From NCBI GenBank assembly GCA_964528035.1, contig CAZGQY010000001.1, positions 5,084 to 69,083 on the forward strand: DNA of 64,000 bases, read 5' to 3'. Positions 55,383 to 64,000 of this stretch are shown piece by piece. Within the stretch, counting starts at the first letter, position 1, and each line of letters begins with the position of its first letter. Source of the stretch: an uncultured Methylococcaceae bacterium. Its GTDB lineage: Bacteria > Pseudomonadota > Gammaproteobacteria > Methylococcales > UBA1147. The notes under the pieces are model-generated. The model did no database searches. It saw only the letters and a list, made by a program, of their open reading frames with translations, and was not told where the DNA came from. Position numbers and translations under genes: made by a program.

Positions 55383-57297
55383 TCAATTTCCTCGAAGAAT
55401 TTAATAACTCCACTCGCAATCCCATTGGCGGAACTTCTTCGGGATCGATATAGACATCAAGTAAAATCGGGCTTCTTTTTTCACATAATGAATGAATATC
55501 CAGTTTCGCCAGATCACTCGGCGAATGAATCGTATAAGCTTCGATACCCATCGATTGGGCAAACAGATTAAAATCCACTTTCGGTAGTTGAAAGGCGATT
55601 TCGGCTGCGTTTGCTAATTTTTGACCATGCTTAACCATACCCAATGCGGAGTCATTAAGAATGACATAAATAATTGATAAGCCCTCCATCTGAGCAACCG
55701 TGATCTCCTGACCGCTCATAAGCATACTGCCATCACCAGTAATACATACAACAGGACATTCAGGATTTGCAAAAGCGGTACCTACGGCTGCGCCAATCGC
55801 CCAACCCATTGACGCAAATTCTATCCCGGCTCTATAGTTTGCCGTATCAACCCATGGCTGCCCGTCCCTGCGGCGACCCGGATCGAGAAAATCGGAACGT
55901 ACCCAGGAACGTCGGTTCCCGATTCTGCGTTCTGCCGGATGAAGATAATGAGTCGCCCAGGCAAAGCTATTGCCGATATCCGCTAAATACCTTGTACCTG
56001 GTGGAAATATTTGCCCCAAATCATTCATCAACCTCTGTGGTTTTATTGGAGAACTGTCGTCGATAAATTTTTGCGGTTCACTAAGTTTACAATGAGGCAT
56101 CAATGGCTGCGTATCGACGTTCGTGACGCCATCTTTTATGATTGATTGCTGAAGACTGGCACGCGTTTTTACATCGGGTAATTCCAATGATGAAACATGC
56201 TCAATCAAATATTGACAAACTACTCCAATTGACCCGATAACCTGTAATTTTGCCATCGGTGACCGTAAAAAATGCGCTGCAACAGGGTCGATATGAATCA
56301 ACCGATCATTGAGTAACGATTGCTCATCCCAGCCACCACTCGCCAACTCACATAGATTACTACCAAAGGCAATTACCAGGTCAACCTCTGGATTTCTCAA
56401 CGTTTCGACTGCGCTAACATGCCCGGCAAATCCGAACACGCCTCGGTTAAGTGGGTGGTACGAACTAATCAAACCTTTGCCATCAATAGAGGTAACAACT
56501 TCCACGCCCAGTAATACTGCCAGATCCAGCACGGCAGCAGCGTCACGATTGGCACCTATTCCAAGAACGAATACTATTTTCCGAGAATTTTTTATTTCAA
56601 TTAACAGGCGACTCAGAATATCCGGATTAACCTGAATCTCACGATTACCGAAAAGATTGATATCCAGGTTATAGTTATGGCATTCAGCAGGCGCATCCAG
56701 CACATCAATTGGCACTGAAAGATGTACCGGACCACAAGGAGCCTGGTGCGCAGCCATAATAGCTGCTACCAGTTTGTTTTCAAGTTGCGCAGAGTGGGAA
56801 ACCAGCGAATTGTAACGCGTACAATGCTGAAACATACCCAATGTATTTAAGCTGGTACAAGAAGATTCCTGGGATGCCCCTTTACCAAAGGTACAAAGCG
56901 CAGTCTGCGCAGTGAGCACAAGGAGTGGGATTTCATTTTCGTAGGCAGATGCTACACCAGTAATCAGATTGGTCGCGCCAGGACCCGTCGTACCACAACA
57001 GACTCCCATGACCCCACTTTCCCTGGTATAACCATCCGCCATAAAAGCCGCACCGGTTTCATGCCTTGAAACGATGGCTCGTAATCCTCCTCTGGATTCA
57101 CTCCTGTGCAAAGCATTGTAGAGCGGCTCTATAGCCCCACCAGGAATTCCAAAGATAAATTTAACCCCGATTTTCTCGAGATAATAAACTATTAAATCAC
57201 TGTTTTTCGATACAAGCGACTCTGAATCAACACCATTCTGGTAAGATTCAGTTTGATCCACTTGCTTGGTAATTGAAGCTGATTTCATAATTGACAA
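55327..57297 (-). CDS. acetolactate-synthase-like thiamine-diphosphate-dependent enzyme
   Basis: The N-terminal pyrimidine-binding domain has FIFGIPGGAIEPLYNAL and GPGATNLITGVA. The ThDP motif is GDGSMLMSGQE...ILNDSALG. An Arg-rich insertion, ERRIGNRRSWVRSDFLDPGRRRDGQPW, precedes it. The start is TTG 57297 or, more likely, ATG 57288. Confidence 0.85.
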   Translation of the reverse strand: MSIMKSASITKQVDQTESYQNGVDSESLVSKNSDLIVYYLEKIGVKFIFGIPGGAIEPLYNALHRSESRGGLRAIVSRHETGAAFMADGYTRESGVMGVCCGTTGPGATNLITGVASAYENEIPLLVLTAQTALCTFGKGASQESSCTSLNTLGMFQHCTRYNSLVSHSAQLENKLVAAIMAAHQAPCGPVHLSVPIDVLDAPAECHNYNLDINLFGNREIQVNPDILSRLLIEIKNSRKIVFVLGIGANRDAAAVLDLAVLLGVEVVTSIDGKGLISSYHPLNRGVFGFAGHVSAVETLRNPEVDLVIAFGSNLCELASGGWDEQSLLNDRLIHIDPVAAHFLRSPMAKLQVIGSIGVVCQYLIEHVSSLELPDVKTRASLQQSIIKDGVTNVDTQPLMPHCKLSEPQKFIDDSSPIKPQRLMNDLGQIFPPGTRYLADIGNSFAWATHYLHPAERRIGNRRSWVRSDFLDPGRRRDGQPWVDTANYRAGIEFASMGWAIGAAVGTAFANPECPVVCITGDGSMLMSGQEITVAQMEGLSIIYVILNDSALGMVKHGQKLANAAEIAFQLPKVDFNLFAQSMGIEAYTIHSPSDLAKLDIHSLCEKRSPILLDVYIDPEEVPPMGLRVELLNSSRKLSEQRKNIEQNLERNIREE

Positions 57298-57626
57298 CCC
57301 TTTGTATTAACGACTCCCTTAGCCCCAGTGCACTATTCCAACTTTCTTATTACACCTACACATTGAAGTATAGAAGCATTTAAAGGAATCGTCTGTAAGC
57401 TATCGGTATCCATACTAAAATTGCCAACCAAGCTGGGCCACTGTACAGCATATCACGCACAAAAAACATATCTTTCGAGAAAGAAATAATGCCCTAAATC
57501 GCTGTTTATCATGGAGTCAATAATTAAATAGCAGTCTTTTTTTATGATTATCTATTATATCGATATTTTTATCGGGTAATGACTGTATTGAAAAAAAGCC
57601 AATGCTTAAATTCACCAGCCGTATCT

Positions 57627-60600
57627 CTAAGCTACCCACTCCCTGGCATTTTGAAAAAACCGACTCCATGGTCCATTAATACTCAGTCCGGCTGTTCTCC
57701 ATGTATTTTGCACCGCTCTAAAACAGCGCTCCGGATGCGGCATCATAATAGTGAAGCGCCCATCTGTACTGGTAAAACCCGTCACACCCGAGACTGAACC
57801 ATTAGGATTCCCGGGGTATTTTTCCGTATGGTTGCCATAGTTATCAATATACCGTAAACAATCTATTGATTCCGTTAATCCCCGTTTTTGGGTAAACACT
57901 GCACGGCCTTCACCATGAGCAACCACAACAGGAAACCGCGAACCCTGCATACCCGAAAAAAATACCGATGGAGTATCCTGTACTTCGACCATCACAATTC
58001 GTGCTTCAAATTGCTCGGAAATATTTCGCGTAAATTCAGGCCACAAATCTCCACCAGGAATCATATCACTGAGACTCGCCAACATCTGGCACCCATTACA
58101 AACCCCCAACCCGAAACTATCGGAGCGTTCGAAAAAGGCAGCAAACTCGTCCCTTAACCGATTGTTGAACTGTATAGCGTTTGACCAACCACGACCTGCA
58201 CCCAAAACATCACCGTAAGAAAACCCCCCGCAAGCAACAATTCCAATAAAATCTTGTAGTGAAAAGTCCCCATTGTTTAAATCGTTCATATGCACATCAA
58301 CGCAAGTAAAACCAACCTGATCAAATGCAGCCGCCATCTCCAAGTGACCATTGACACCTTGTTCGCGTAATATCGCGAGTCGAGGGCGCGATGTATTCAC
58401 AAAAACTGTATTAAAATTGTCGTTAACGTTAAACGATAATTCAGAATGAAGTCCCGGATCATGATTATCAAGGATTGCATCAAATTCCTGTTGTGCTGCG
58501 TCAGGATTGTCGCGGATGGATTGAATCTTAAAGCTGGTTGAAGACCATTGCTGTTGAAATCCTGCTCGTGTCCCCTGGAGAATCGTTTGCCCCTGGTATC
58601 GAAATGAAATTGACTGGTCAGCACAGGGCTGCCCCAAGACATGACTGTACTGACTCAATCCGGCAGATTCCAATACGCTTAAAACCTGGGCACGATCCTT
58701 TGTTCTGATCTGAATAACCGCGCCTAACTCCTCATTGAACAGAACCCCGGAAAAGTCGTCGCCCAGTTCATCCAAATCTATCTTCAATCCCACTCGACCC
58801 GCAAAAGCCATTTCACATAAGCTAATGAATAATCCACCATCGGACCGATCATGATAGGCGAGTAAATACCCCTCTCTGTTCAATTGCTGGATACTCTCAA
58901 AAAAACCGATGAACAGCTGAGTGTTATTCAGGTCAGGGCACTGGTCACCCAATTGTTTATATACCTGAGCAAGAACAGATCCACCCAGGCGACATTTTCC
59001 CTGACCCAAATCGATCAATACCAAATCAGTATCGCCACCATTACGCTGCAACTCCGGAGTCAGTGTTTTTCGAACATCCAATACCTGCGCGAATGCAGAA
59101 ATAACAACCGATAGCGGCGCGATCATAGTCATGTCACCTTTTTGCCCGCGCCACACTGTTTTCATGGACAATGAGTCTTTGCCAACCGGAATCGCAATAC
59201 CCAACGCAGGACAAAGATCCATACCAATCGCTTCAACAGCTTCGAATAGCGTCACATCCTGATTTTCACTTCCGGCTGCTGCCATCCAATTGGCGGATAA
59301 CCTGATATCTGTCAATGAACCAACCCGAGCAGCAGCAATATTCGTCAGTGCTTCGCCAACCGCCATTCGAGCGGAACTCGGCCCACTCATGATAGCTATC
59401 GGTGACCTTTCGCCCATGGCCATCGCCTCTCCAGTAAAGCCCACAAAACCGGTGGTGGTCACTGCTACATCAGAAACCGCTACTTGCCATGGGCCCACCA
59501 TTTGGTCACGTGATACTAATCCGGTAATCGACCGATCACCAATAGTAATTAAAAACTTTTTATCTGCGACGACTGGATGATTCAATACCCGGCGCGCCAT
59601 TTCATCAATAGAATCTGTCGGTATTTTCAGGGGCGGAAAACGGACATTCACTGTCTTTGCCTGGCGTTGCAATCTGGGGAGTTTGCCAAACAACAGAGAC
59701 ATTGGAATATCTATCGGTTTGTTGTCGCGCCTGGTGTCTGTTACTTCCAGATGCTGCTGGTCACTTGCAAAACCAATGATGGCAAACGGGCAATTTTCTC
59801 GTTTACACAAATCTTTGAAAAACTCTAACCTACGCGTGGATAACGCCAACACATAACGTTCTTGCGCTTCGTTGCACCAAACCTGTAGCGGTGACATTGA
59901 ACGATCGGCACTGGGAATATTTCCAATTTCTATCAATCCTCCACGTTGACTATCATGCAATATTTCAGGGACAGCGTTTGACAATCCACCCGCGCCCACA
60001 TCGTGAATCGAAATAATCGGATTTTCCTGCATGGCGCAGCAGGTATTAATAACTTCCTGACAACGTCGTTGCATTTCCGGGTTATCGCGCTGTACCGATG
60101 CAAAATCCAAAGTCTCGGAACTTTCACCTGACGCCTGTGAGGAAGCCGCACCACCACCAAGACCAATCAACATAGCCGGACCACCAAGAACAATAATGGG
60201 TGTTCCATTCGGAATAGAGCCTTTTTTAACATTTTCAGCTCGAATATTACCCATGCCACCGGCTATCATGATTGGCTTGTGATAACCGAGAAGCTGACAA
60301 TCTCCACTTTCGTGAATCCGTTGTTCAAACGTACGAAAATAACCCGTCAGGTTCGGACGTCCAAATTCATTATTAAATGCAGCGCCGCCAATAGGAGCCT
60401 CCAGCATAATCTCCAGCGCCGAAACAATTCTCTCTGGTTTTCCGTGGCGTTCCTCCCAGGGTTGGGTAAAACCGGGAATATTCAAACTCGATACAGAAAA
60501 CCCGGTCAAACCTGCTTTTGTTTGCGAACCACGACCGGTTGCACCTTCGTCGCGAATCTCCCCGCCCGAACCCGTCGCAGCACCCGCAAAAGGCGAAATT

Positions 60601-61511
60601 GCCGTTGGGTGGTTATGCGTTTCAACTTTCATGAGCATGTGAACAGGCTCAAGCTGATAGATGTATTCTCCCGTGACAGGATTACGCTGAAACCTTTGCG
60701 CAACAGGACCTTCTGTAACCGCTGCGTTATCATCGTAAGCCGTCAGTATCCCCTTAGAATTACACTGCGTTGTATTTCGAATCATGGAGAACAAAGAGCG
60801 CGGCTGCAATTCGCCATCTATTTCCCAATCAGCGTTGAAAATTTTATGCCGACAATGCTCTGAATTTGCCTGCGCGAACATCATCAATTCAATGTCAGTG
60901 GGATTCCTTCCAAGTGCTTGATAGTTGCTCACAAGGTATTTCAACTCCGCTTCCGACAGCGCAAGACCGATCTCATCATTGACAGTCTGTAGGGCCGCCA
61001 AGGCGTTACTGCCCAATTCAACCCAACTTAATGGTTTCTGGGGTAAATGCTCAAACAGTTGATTACTTGTACCTTCGGGTAAAATCACTTGTGTCATTCG
61101 ATCACACAGACACTCAGATAAACTATTGCACACAACCTCTGGCAACTCCGTTCCCGTTACAGTCCCTAACAGGTATTCGATTCCACGTTCTATCCGCTGA
61201 ATTTTACTCAAGCCACATCGATGTAATATCTCTGTCGCTTTACTCGACCAGGGTGAAACCGTACCCAGACGTGGAACAACACAAATAGTATGAGTTGAAT
61301 TCTGTAGCTCCACCCCAGATGCAAAACGATCTTCAAGAATATTTTTAAGTTTGAAAGATTCAGCATCACTCAACGCTGTTTCCACTTTAACGTAGTAAAT
61401 ATAGCGGCTTGAAATGTCTGATATTTCTTTAGTAACTGTTTGAATTTCTGTGCGAAGTTTTTGTCGACGAAACTCAGAATGTGCTGTAGAACCGGAAAGT
61501 TTTAAGATCAT
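57627..61511 (-). CDS. purL: phosphoribosylformylglycinamidine synthase (single-chain large PurL)
   Basis: 1294-aa ORF (E. coli PurL is 1295 aa). It ends in a glutamine amidotransferase domain with the GVCNGCQ nucleophile context and a MPHPER motif. Confidence 0.95.
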   Translation of the reverse strand: MILKLSGSTAHSEFRRQKLRTEIQTVTKEISDISSRYIYYVKVETALSDAESFKLKNILEDRFASGVELQNSTHTICVVPRLGTVSPWSSKATEILHRCGLSKIQRIERGIEYLLGTVTGTELPEVVCNSLSECLCDRMTQVILPEGTSNQLFEHLPQKPLSWVELGSNALAALQTVNDEIGLALSEAELKYLVSNYQALGRNPTDIELMMFAQANSEHCRHKIFNADWEIDGELQPRSLFSMIRNTTQCNSKGILTAYDDNAAVTEGPVAQRFQRNPVTGEYIYQLEPVHMLMKVETHNHPTAISPFAGAATGSGGEIRDEGATGRGSQTKAGLTGFSVSSLNIPGFTQPWEERHGKPERIVSALEIMLEAPIGGAAFNNEFGRPNLTGYFRTFEQRIHESGDCQLLGYHKPIMIAGGMGNIRAENVKKGSIPNGTPIIVLGGPAMLIGLGGGAASSQASGESSETLDFASVQRDNPEMQRRCQEVINTCCAMQENPIISIHDVGAGGLSNAVPEILHDSQRGGLIEIGNIPSADRSMSPLQVWCNEAQERYVLALSTRRLEFFKDLCKRENCPFAIIGFASDQQHLEVTDTRRDNKPIDIPMSLLFGKLPRLQRQAKTVNVRFPPLKIPTDSIDEMARRVLNHPVVADKKFLITIGDRSITGLVSRDQMVGPWQVAVSDVAVTTTGFVGFTGEAMAMGERSPIAIMSGPSSARMAVGEALTNIAAARVGSLTDIRLSANWMAAAGSENQDVTLFEAVEAIGMDLCPALGIAIPVGKDSLSMKTVWRGQKGDMTMIAPLSVVISAFAQVLDVRKTLTPELQRNGGDTDLVLIDLGQGKCRLGGSVLAQVYKQLGDQCPDLNNTQLFIGFFESIQQLNREGYLLAYHDRSDGGLFISLCEMAFAGRVGLKIDLDELGDDFSGVLFNEELGAVIQIRTKDRAQVLSVLESAGLSQYSHVLGQPCADQSISFRYQGQTILQGTRAGFQQQWSSTSFKIQSIRDNPDAAQQEFDAILDNHDPGLHSELSFNVNDNFNTVFVNTSRPRLAILREQGVNGHLEMAAAFDQVGFTCVDVHMNDLNNGDFSLQDFIGIVACGGFSYGDVLGAGRGWSNAIQFNNRLRDEFAAFFERSDSFGLGVCNGCQMLASLSDMIPGGDLWPEFTRNISEQFEARIVMVEVQDTPSVFFSGMQGSRFPVVVAHGEGRAVFTQKRGLTESIDCLRYIDNYGNHTEKYPGNPNGSVSGVTGFTSTDGRFTIMMPHPERCFRAVQNTWRTAGLSINGPWSRFFQNAREWVA

Positions 61512-61574
61512 GTAATCAAATTAGTATTGGGTTCGAAGCATTTATACTTACTTATATGTCAGAAGGGTATTGCT

Positions 61575-61642
61575 AAATAATATTCAACGCTGCTGAAAAA
61601 TAATACTGAAGACCGTTGAACAATAACACTCAAGGCTGTTGG
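61575..61642. repeat. three tandem ~22-23-bp imperfect direct repeats in the purL upstream region
   Basis: The repeats are aaATAATATTCAACGCTGCTG (61575-61595), aaaaATAATACTGAAGACCGTTG (61596-61618) and aacAATAACACTCAAGGCTGTTGg (61619-61642). They lie 64-131 nt upstream of the purL ATG (61511, minus strand). Confidence 0.5.
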
Positions 61643-61792
61643 AGAAATAGAGATCAAAGTGGCACACGAACCTGATTGAAGTAGATTTTTCGTTCGTTCA
61701 CAGTGAACAAGTGACCACTTAAGAATATTATTGAAATAGTTAACCCACCGATAGTTAAAATAACGCCTCTATTGTCAGACAAATTCCCTGGC

Positions 61793-62512
61793 TCACTTGT
61801 TTAGTCCCAATTCATTGAGCTTTTCCTGTAATATTTGCAACAGCCGCAATCCATCGCCACTATTTTGCACCTCTCCATTATCGTCTAACACCCTAATTTC
61901 CGTACTTCCGCCACGGTCACTTAATTTCACTCGTAAATCACTTTCTGAGATCGCATTCTCATCACTCCAAAAAGCCAGACTGGAAAATAATCCTCCTGCG
62001 GAATCTTTCTTTTTCTTATCCTCGTAAATGACGTAGTACATACCCTCAGTTCGATTCAGATCATCCACTTCGATCTCGAGGCGACTCAATGCCCTGCCAA
62101 CCATTCTCCAGGCAATGGCGTAGTCTTCCTCTACTTTGATGTAGGTACCCTCAGTAGAATTTTCAACCAATGAGGTTTTTTCCACGACTTCAGGCTGCCT
62201 GGTGCTTGTCTGAGGCTGGCGTACAGACTGCAGCTCCCTGGCTGATACCGAACCACCGCGGGAGCGTATCGTGTTATCCTCGATTGACGAAGTACTTAAT
62301 TCCGGTGGCACTTCCAGAGGTGGAAGTTCGGTGCTGTATTTATATTCTTTTTTGCGATCCGGAAGAACACTATCGAACGAACTGCAACTAACAATACTAC
62401 CAACCAACGCTACAAACATTGATCGTAATAAATACTGTGTAAAAACTTTCAACTTTTTACCCTGAAAGGCATCCAGAGCACCATTTTTTTTGTTAAAGTC
62501 ACATAAAATCAT
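61793..62512 (-). CDS. bamC: BamC (NlpB)-like outer-membrane assembly lipoprotein, short form
   Basis: It lies immediately downstream of dapA, as in E. coli. The lipobox is LVGSIVSC. The C-terminal region aligns by eye with one BamC helix-grip domain (DYAIAWRMVGRALSRLEIEVDDLNRTEGMYYVIY). The start is uncertain: TTG near 62449 would give a 23-residue signal peptide. Confidence 0.65.
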   Translation of the reverse strand: MILCDFNKKNGALDAFQGKKLKVFTQYLLRSMFVALVGSIVSCSSFDSVLPDRKKEYKYSTELPPLEVPPELSTSSIEDNTIRSRGGSVSARELQSVRQPQTSTRQPEVVEKTSLVENSTEGTYIKVEEDYAIAWRMVGRALSRLEIEVDDLNRTEGMYYVIYEDKKKKDSAGGLFSSLAFWSDENAISESDLRVKLSDRGGSTEIRVLDDNGEVQNSGDGLRLLQILQEKLNELGLNK

Positions 62513-62571
62513 CTGCCGCCTGCTATCCGCCTCTAAAACTGTTCACGAAACTACGAGTAACCCACATACTC

Positions 62572-63468
62572 TTACCGGACTGCTTCCTTAGACATACTGA
62601 CATTCGCCTGGCGCATTGCTCCGCGTATAGATTCATGATATTCCCCCGATAGCCAGGTCAATGGCAATCGTATCCCACGGTTAATCAAACCCATCTCGGC
62701 TACGGCCCATTTCACCGGAATTGGATTGGATTCCAAAAATAACTTATCATGCAGTGCCGCTAATCTGGTATCTATGTTTTCTGCAGTTAGCGCGTCTCCG
62801 GATATTGCAGCGGCACACATATCATGCATCAGCCTTGGTGCAACATTACTTGTTACCGAGATCACACCTTTTCCTCCCTGCAAGCAGAATTTGCAAGCGA
62901 TCGCATCATCGCCCGAATATAACGGAAACTCGTCCCCACAAAGTTCTTGTATTTGTCTGGCCCTGGCCAGATCTCCAGTTGCCTCCTTGATTCCCACTAT
63001 ATTCTCCATTTTCGCCAATCGAACCACTGTCTCTGGCAGCATGTCACACGCAGTTCGTCCCGGAACATTGTAAAGAATCTGTGGGATTTTTACTGCTTCC
63101 GCAATCGCTTTGTAATGCAGATACAATCCCTCCTGCGTTGGCTTATTATAATATGGAGTCACTAACAAACAGGCATCCGCACCTGCATCTTTTGCCTGAC
63201 GCGTCAGGGTTATCGCTTCAGTCGTGGAATTTGCACCCGTACCTGCAATAACCGGGACTCTGCCATTTACCCGATCAACGACCTGACGAATAACCGCACA
63301 ATGCTCGGATTCATCAAGAGTCGCGGATTCACCTGTCGTACCCACCGGAACAATTGCGTCGGTACCTTGATCGATATGGAACTCGATTAATTCCATCAAA
63401 CTTTCCTGGTCAAGATCGCCATTTTCGTACATAGGCGTCACCAGTGCCACGATACTACCTTGAATCAT
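62572..63468 (-). CDS. dapA: 4-hydroxy-tetrahydrodipicolinate synthase
   Basis: 298-aa ORF with GSIVALVTPM, GTTGESATL, YNVPGRT and GIKEATG (the Schiff-base Lys context). Confidence 0.9.
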   Translation of the reverse strand: MIQGSIVALVTPMYENGDLDQESLMELIEFHIDQGTDAIVPVGTTGESATLDESEHCAVIRQVVDRVNGRVPVIAGTGANSTTEAITLTRQAKDAGADACLLVTPYYNKPTQEGLYLHYKAIAEAVKIPQILYNVPGRTACDMLPETVVRLAKMENIVGIKEATGDLARARQIQELCGDEFPLYSGDDAIACKFCLQGGKGVISVTSNVAPRLMHDMCAAAISGDALTAENIDTRLAALHDKLFLESNPIPVKWAVAEMGLINRGIRLPLTWLSGEYHESIRGAMRQANVSMSKEAVR

Positions 63469-63740
63469 TCATGTCGCCTCGCGCGAAATAAAATTGGAAA
63501 TATTAACGTGTACTCTGTCAGTGTGACAAGCACCCGTCTCATTTTCGTAACAACTAAACGTGTTTTCGACGAAAAGCAATCGATATAAGGAGTTGGTTAT
63601 GCATCTGCATTGGCAGTAAATTTTACTTGGTTAAACTCAAGAATCAAAATAAGACAGGATCGAAACAAAGTGATCGAGCTATTCTCCGGAACCCTGTTGA
63701 GATAGAATCTCGAGGTTTAGAGAGAATCGACCGGACAACC

Positions 63741-64000
63741 ATGGATCTGCAAGCATTAATCAATAAGAAACAATCGTTAATTATGGGCATACTCAACCTT
63801 ACCCCCGATAGTTTTTCAGACGGTGGTAGCCATACCAACCGAGGGAGCGCGGTTCAGTTTGCACTACAAATGGTTCGGGACGGAGCAGACATTATAGATG
63901 TTGGGGGCGAATCCACAAAACCGTATTCCGAACGCGTCGCTGCAGAGGAACAAATTCGAAGAGTAAAAAGCGTTATCGAATCTCTTCGGCAAACGTTACC
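63741..64000 (+). CDS. folP: dihydropteroate synthase, 5' partial (runs off the window)
   Basis: From ATG 63741 it reads MDLQALINKKQSLIMGILNLTPDSFSDGGSH...GADIIDVGGESTKP, the pterin-binding domain signature. There is no stop before the window end, so it is absent from the ORF track. Confidence 0.85.
   Translation, partial: MDLQALINKKQSLIMGILNLTPDSFSDGGSHTNRGSAVQFALQMVRDGADIIDVGGESTKPYSERVAAEEQIRRVKSVIESLRQTL

Noticed and set aside
57298-57626. A possible TPP riboswitch upstream of the ThDP-dependent enzyme gene.
   Set aside because: I could not find the conserved CUGAGA / ACCUGAUCUGGAUAAUGCCAGCG-type THI-box elements on the minus strand of this leader.
1-64000. A search by eye for CRISPR arrays, tRNA, rRNA, tmRNA and integrase-flanked islands.
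   Set aside because: No regularly spaced direct repeats with unique spacers were seen. No tRNA-like GTTCGAATC/T-loop contexts were seen in the intergenic regions. No rRNA-like stretches and no intact integrase or transposase gene were found. A tRNAscan/Infernal run would be needed to be definitive.

Overview
A 64-kb chromosomal segment that looks gammaproteobacterial, judged by gene content and synteny. I call about 50 protein genes. I saw no rRNA, tRNA or CRISPR array, but this was checked by eye only. Most of the window is housekeeping: rep; pmbA-tldD-nitrilase-yhdP-rng-maf-rlmH (the enterobacterial maf-rng-yhdP-tldD order is kept); galE; nagZ-hpt-MTAP-like; prfB with its programmed +1 frameshift; cysG; pyrF; rlmD; cysM; purL; bamC-dapA; and a partial folP at the 3' edge.

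The accessory or poorly understood content is:
1. An operon chaining a TonB-dependent receptor, an orphan periplasmic binding protein, a 1480-aa HK-REC-REC-Hpt-REC-GGDEF-EAL protein and cysM (45.1-53.6 kb).
2. A neighbouring three-gene module: an acetolactate-synthase-like ThDP enzyme plus two tandem half-size citrate-synthase-fold paralogs whose canonical catalytic histidines appear to be substituted (53.8-57.3 kb).
3. A six-gene MoxR / DUF58 / VWA / TPR (Bat-like) operon (15.6-21.0 kb).
4. A cluster of a secreted spondin_N-like protein, an ECF sigma factor and an NrsF-like anti-sigma factor, with an ECF-type promoter candidate.
5. An orphan response regulator with an unrecognised output domain.
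6. An AT-rich islet with a seven-blade FG-GAP protein, small ORFs and a possible transposase remnant.
7. A UPF0182 giant membrane protein.
8. Two copies of a roughly 125-146 bp MITE-like structured repeat. One copy has TIR-plus-TSD-like ends. The other lies next to a truncated AAA ATPase gene.
9. A 162-bp imperfect palindrome downstream of prfB.

All family assignments rest on motifs read by eye and recalled homolog sequences. None has been confirmed by a database search.
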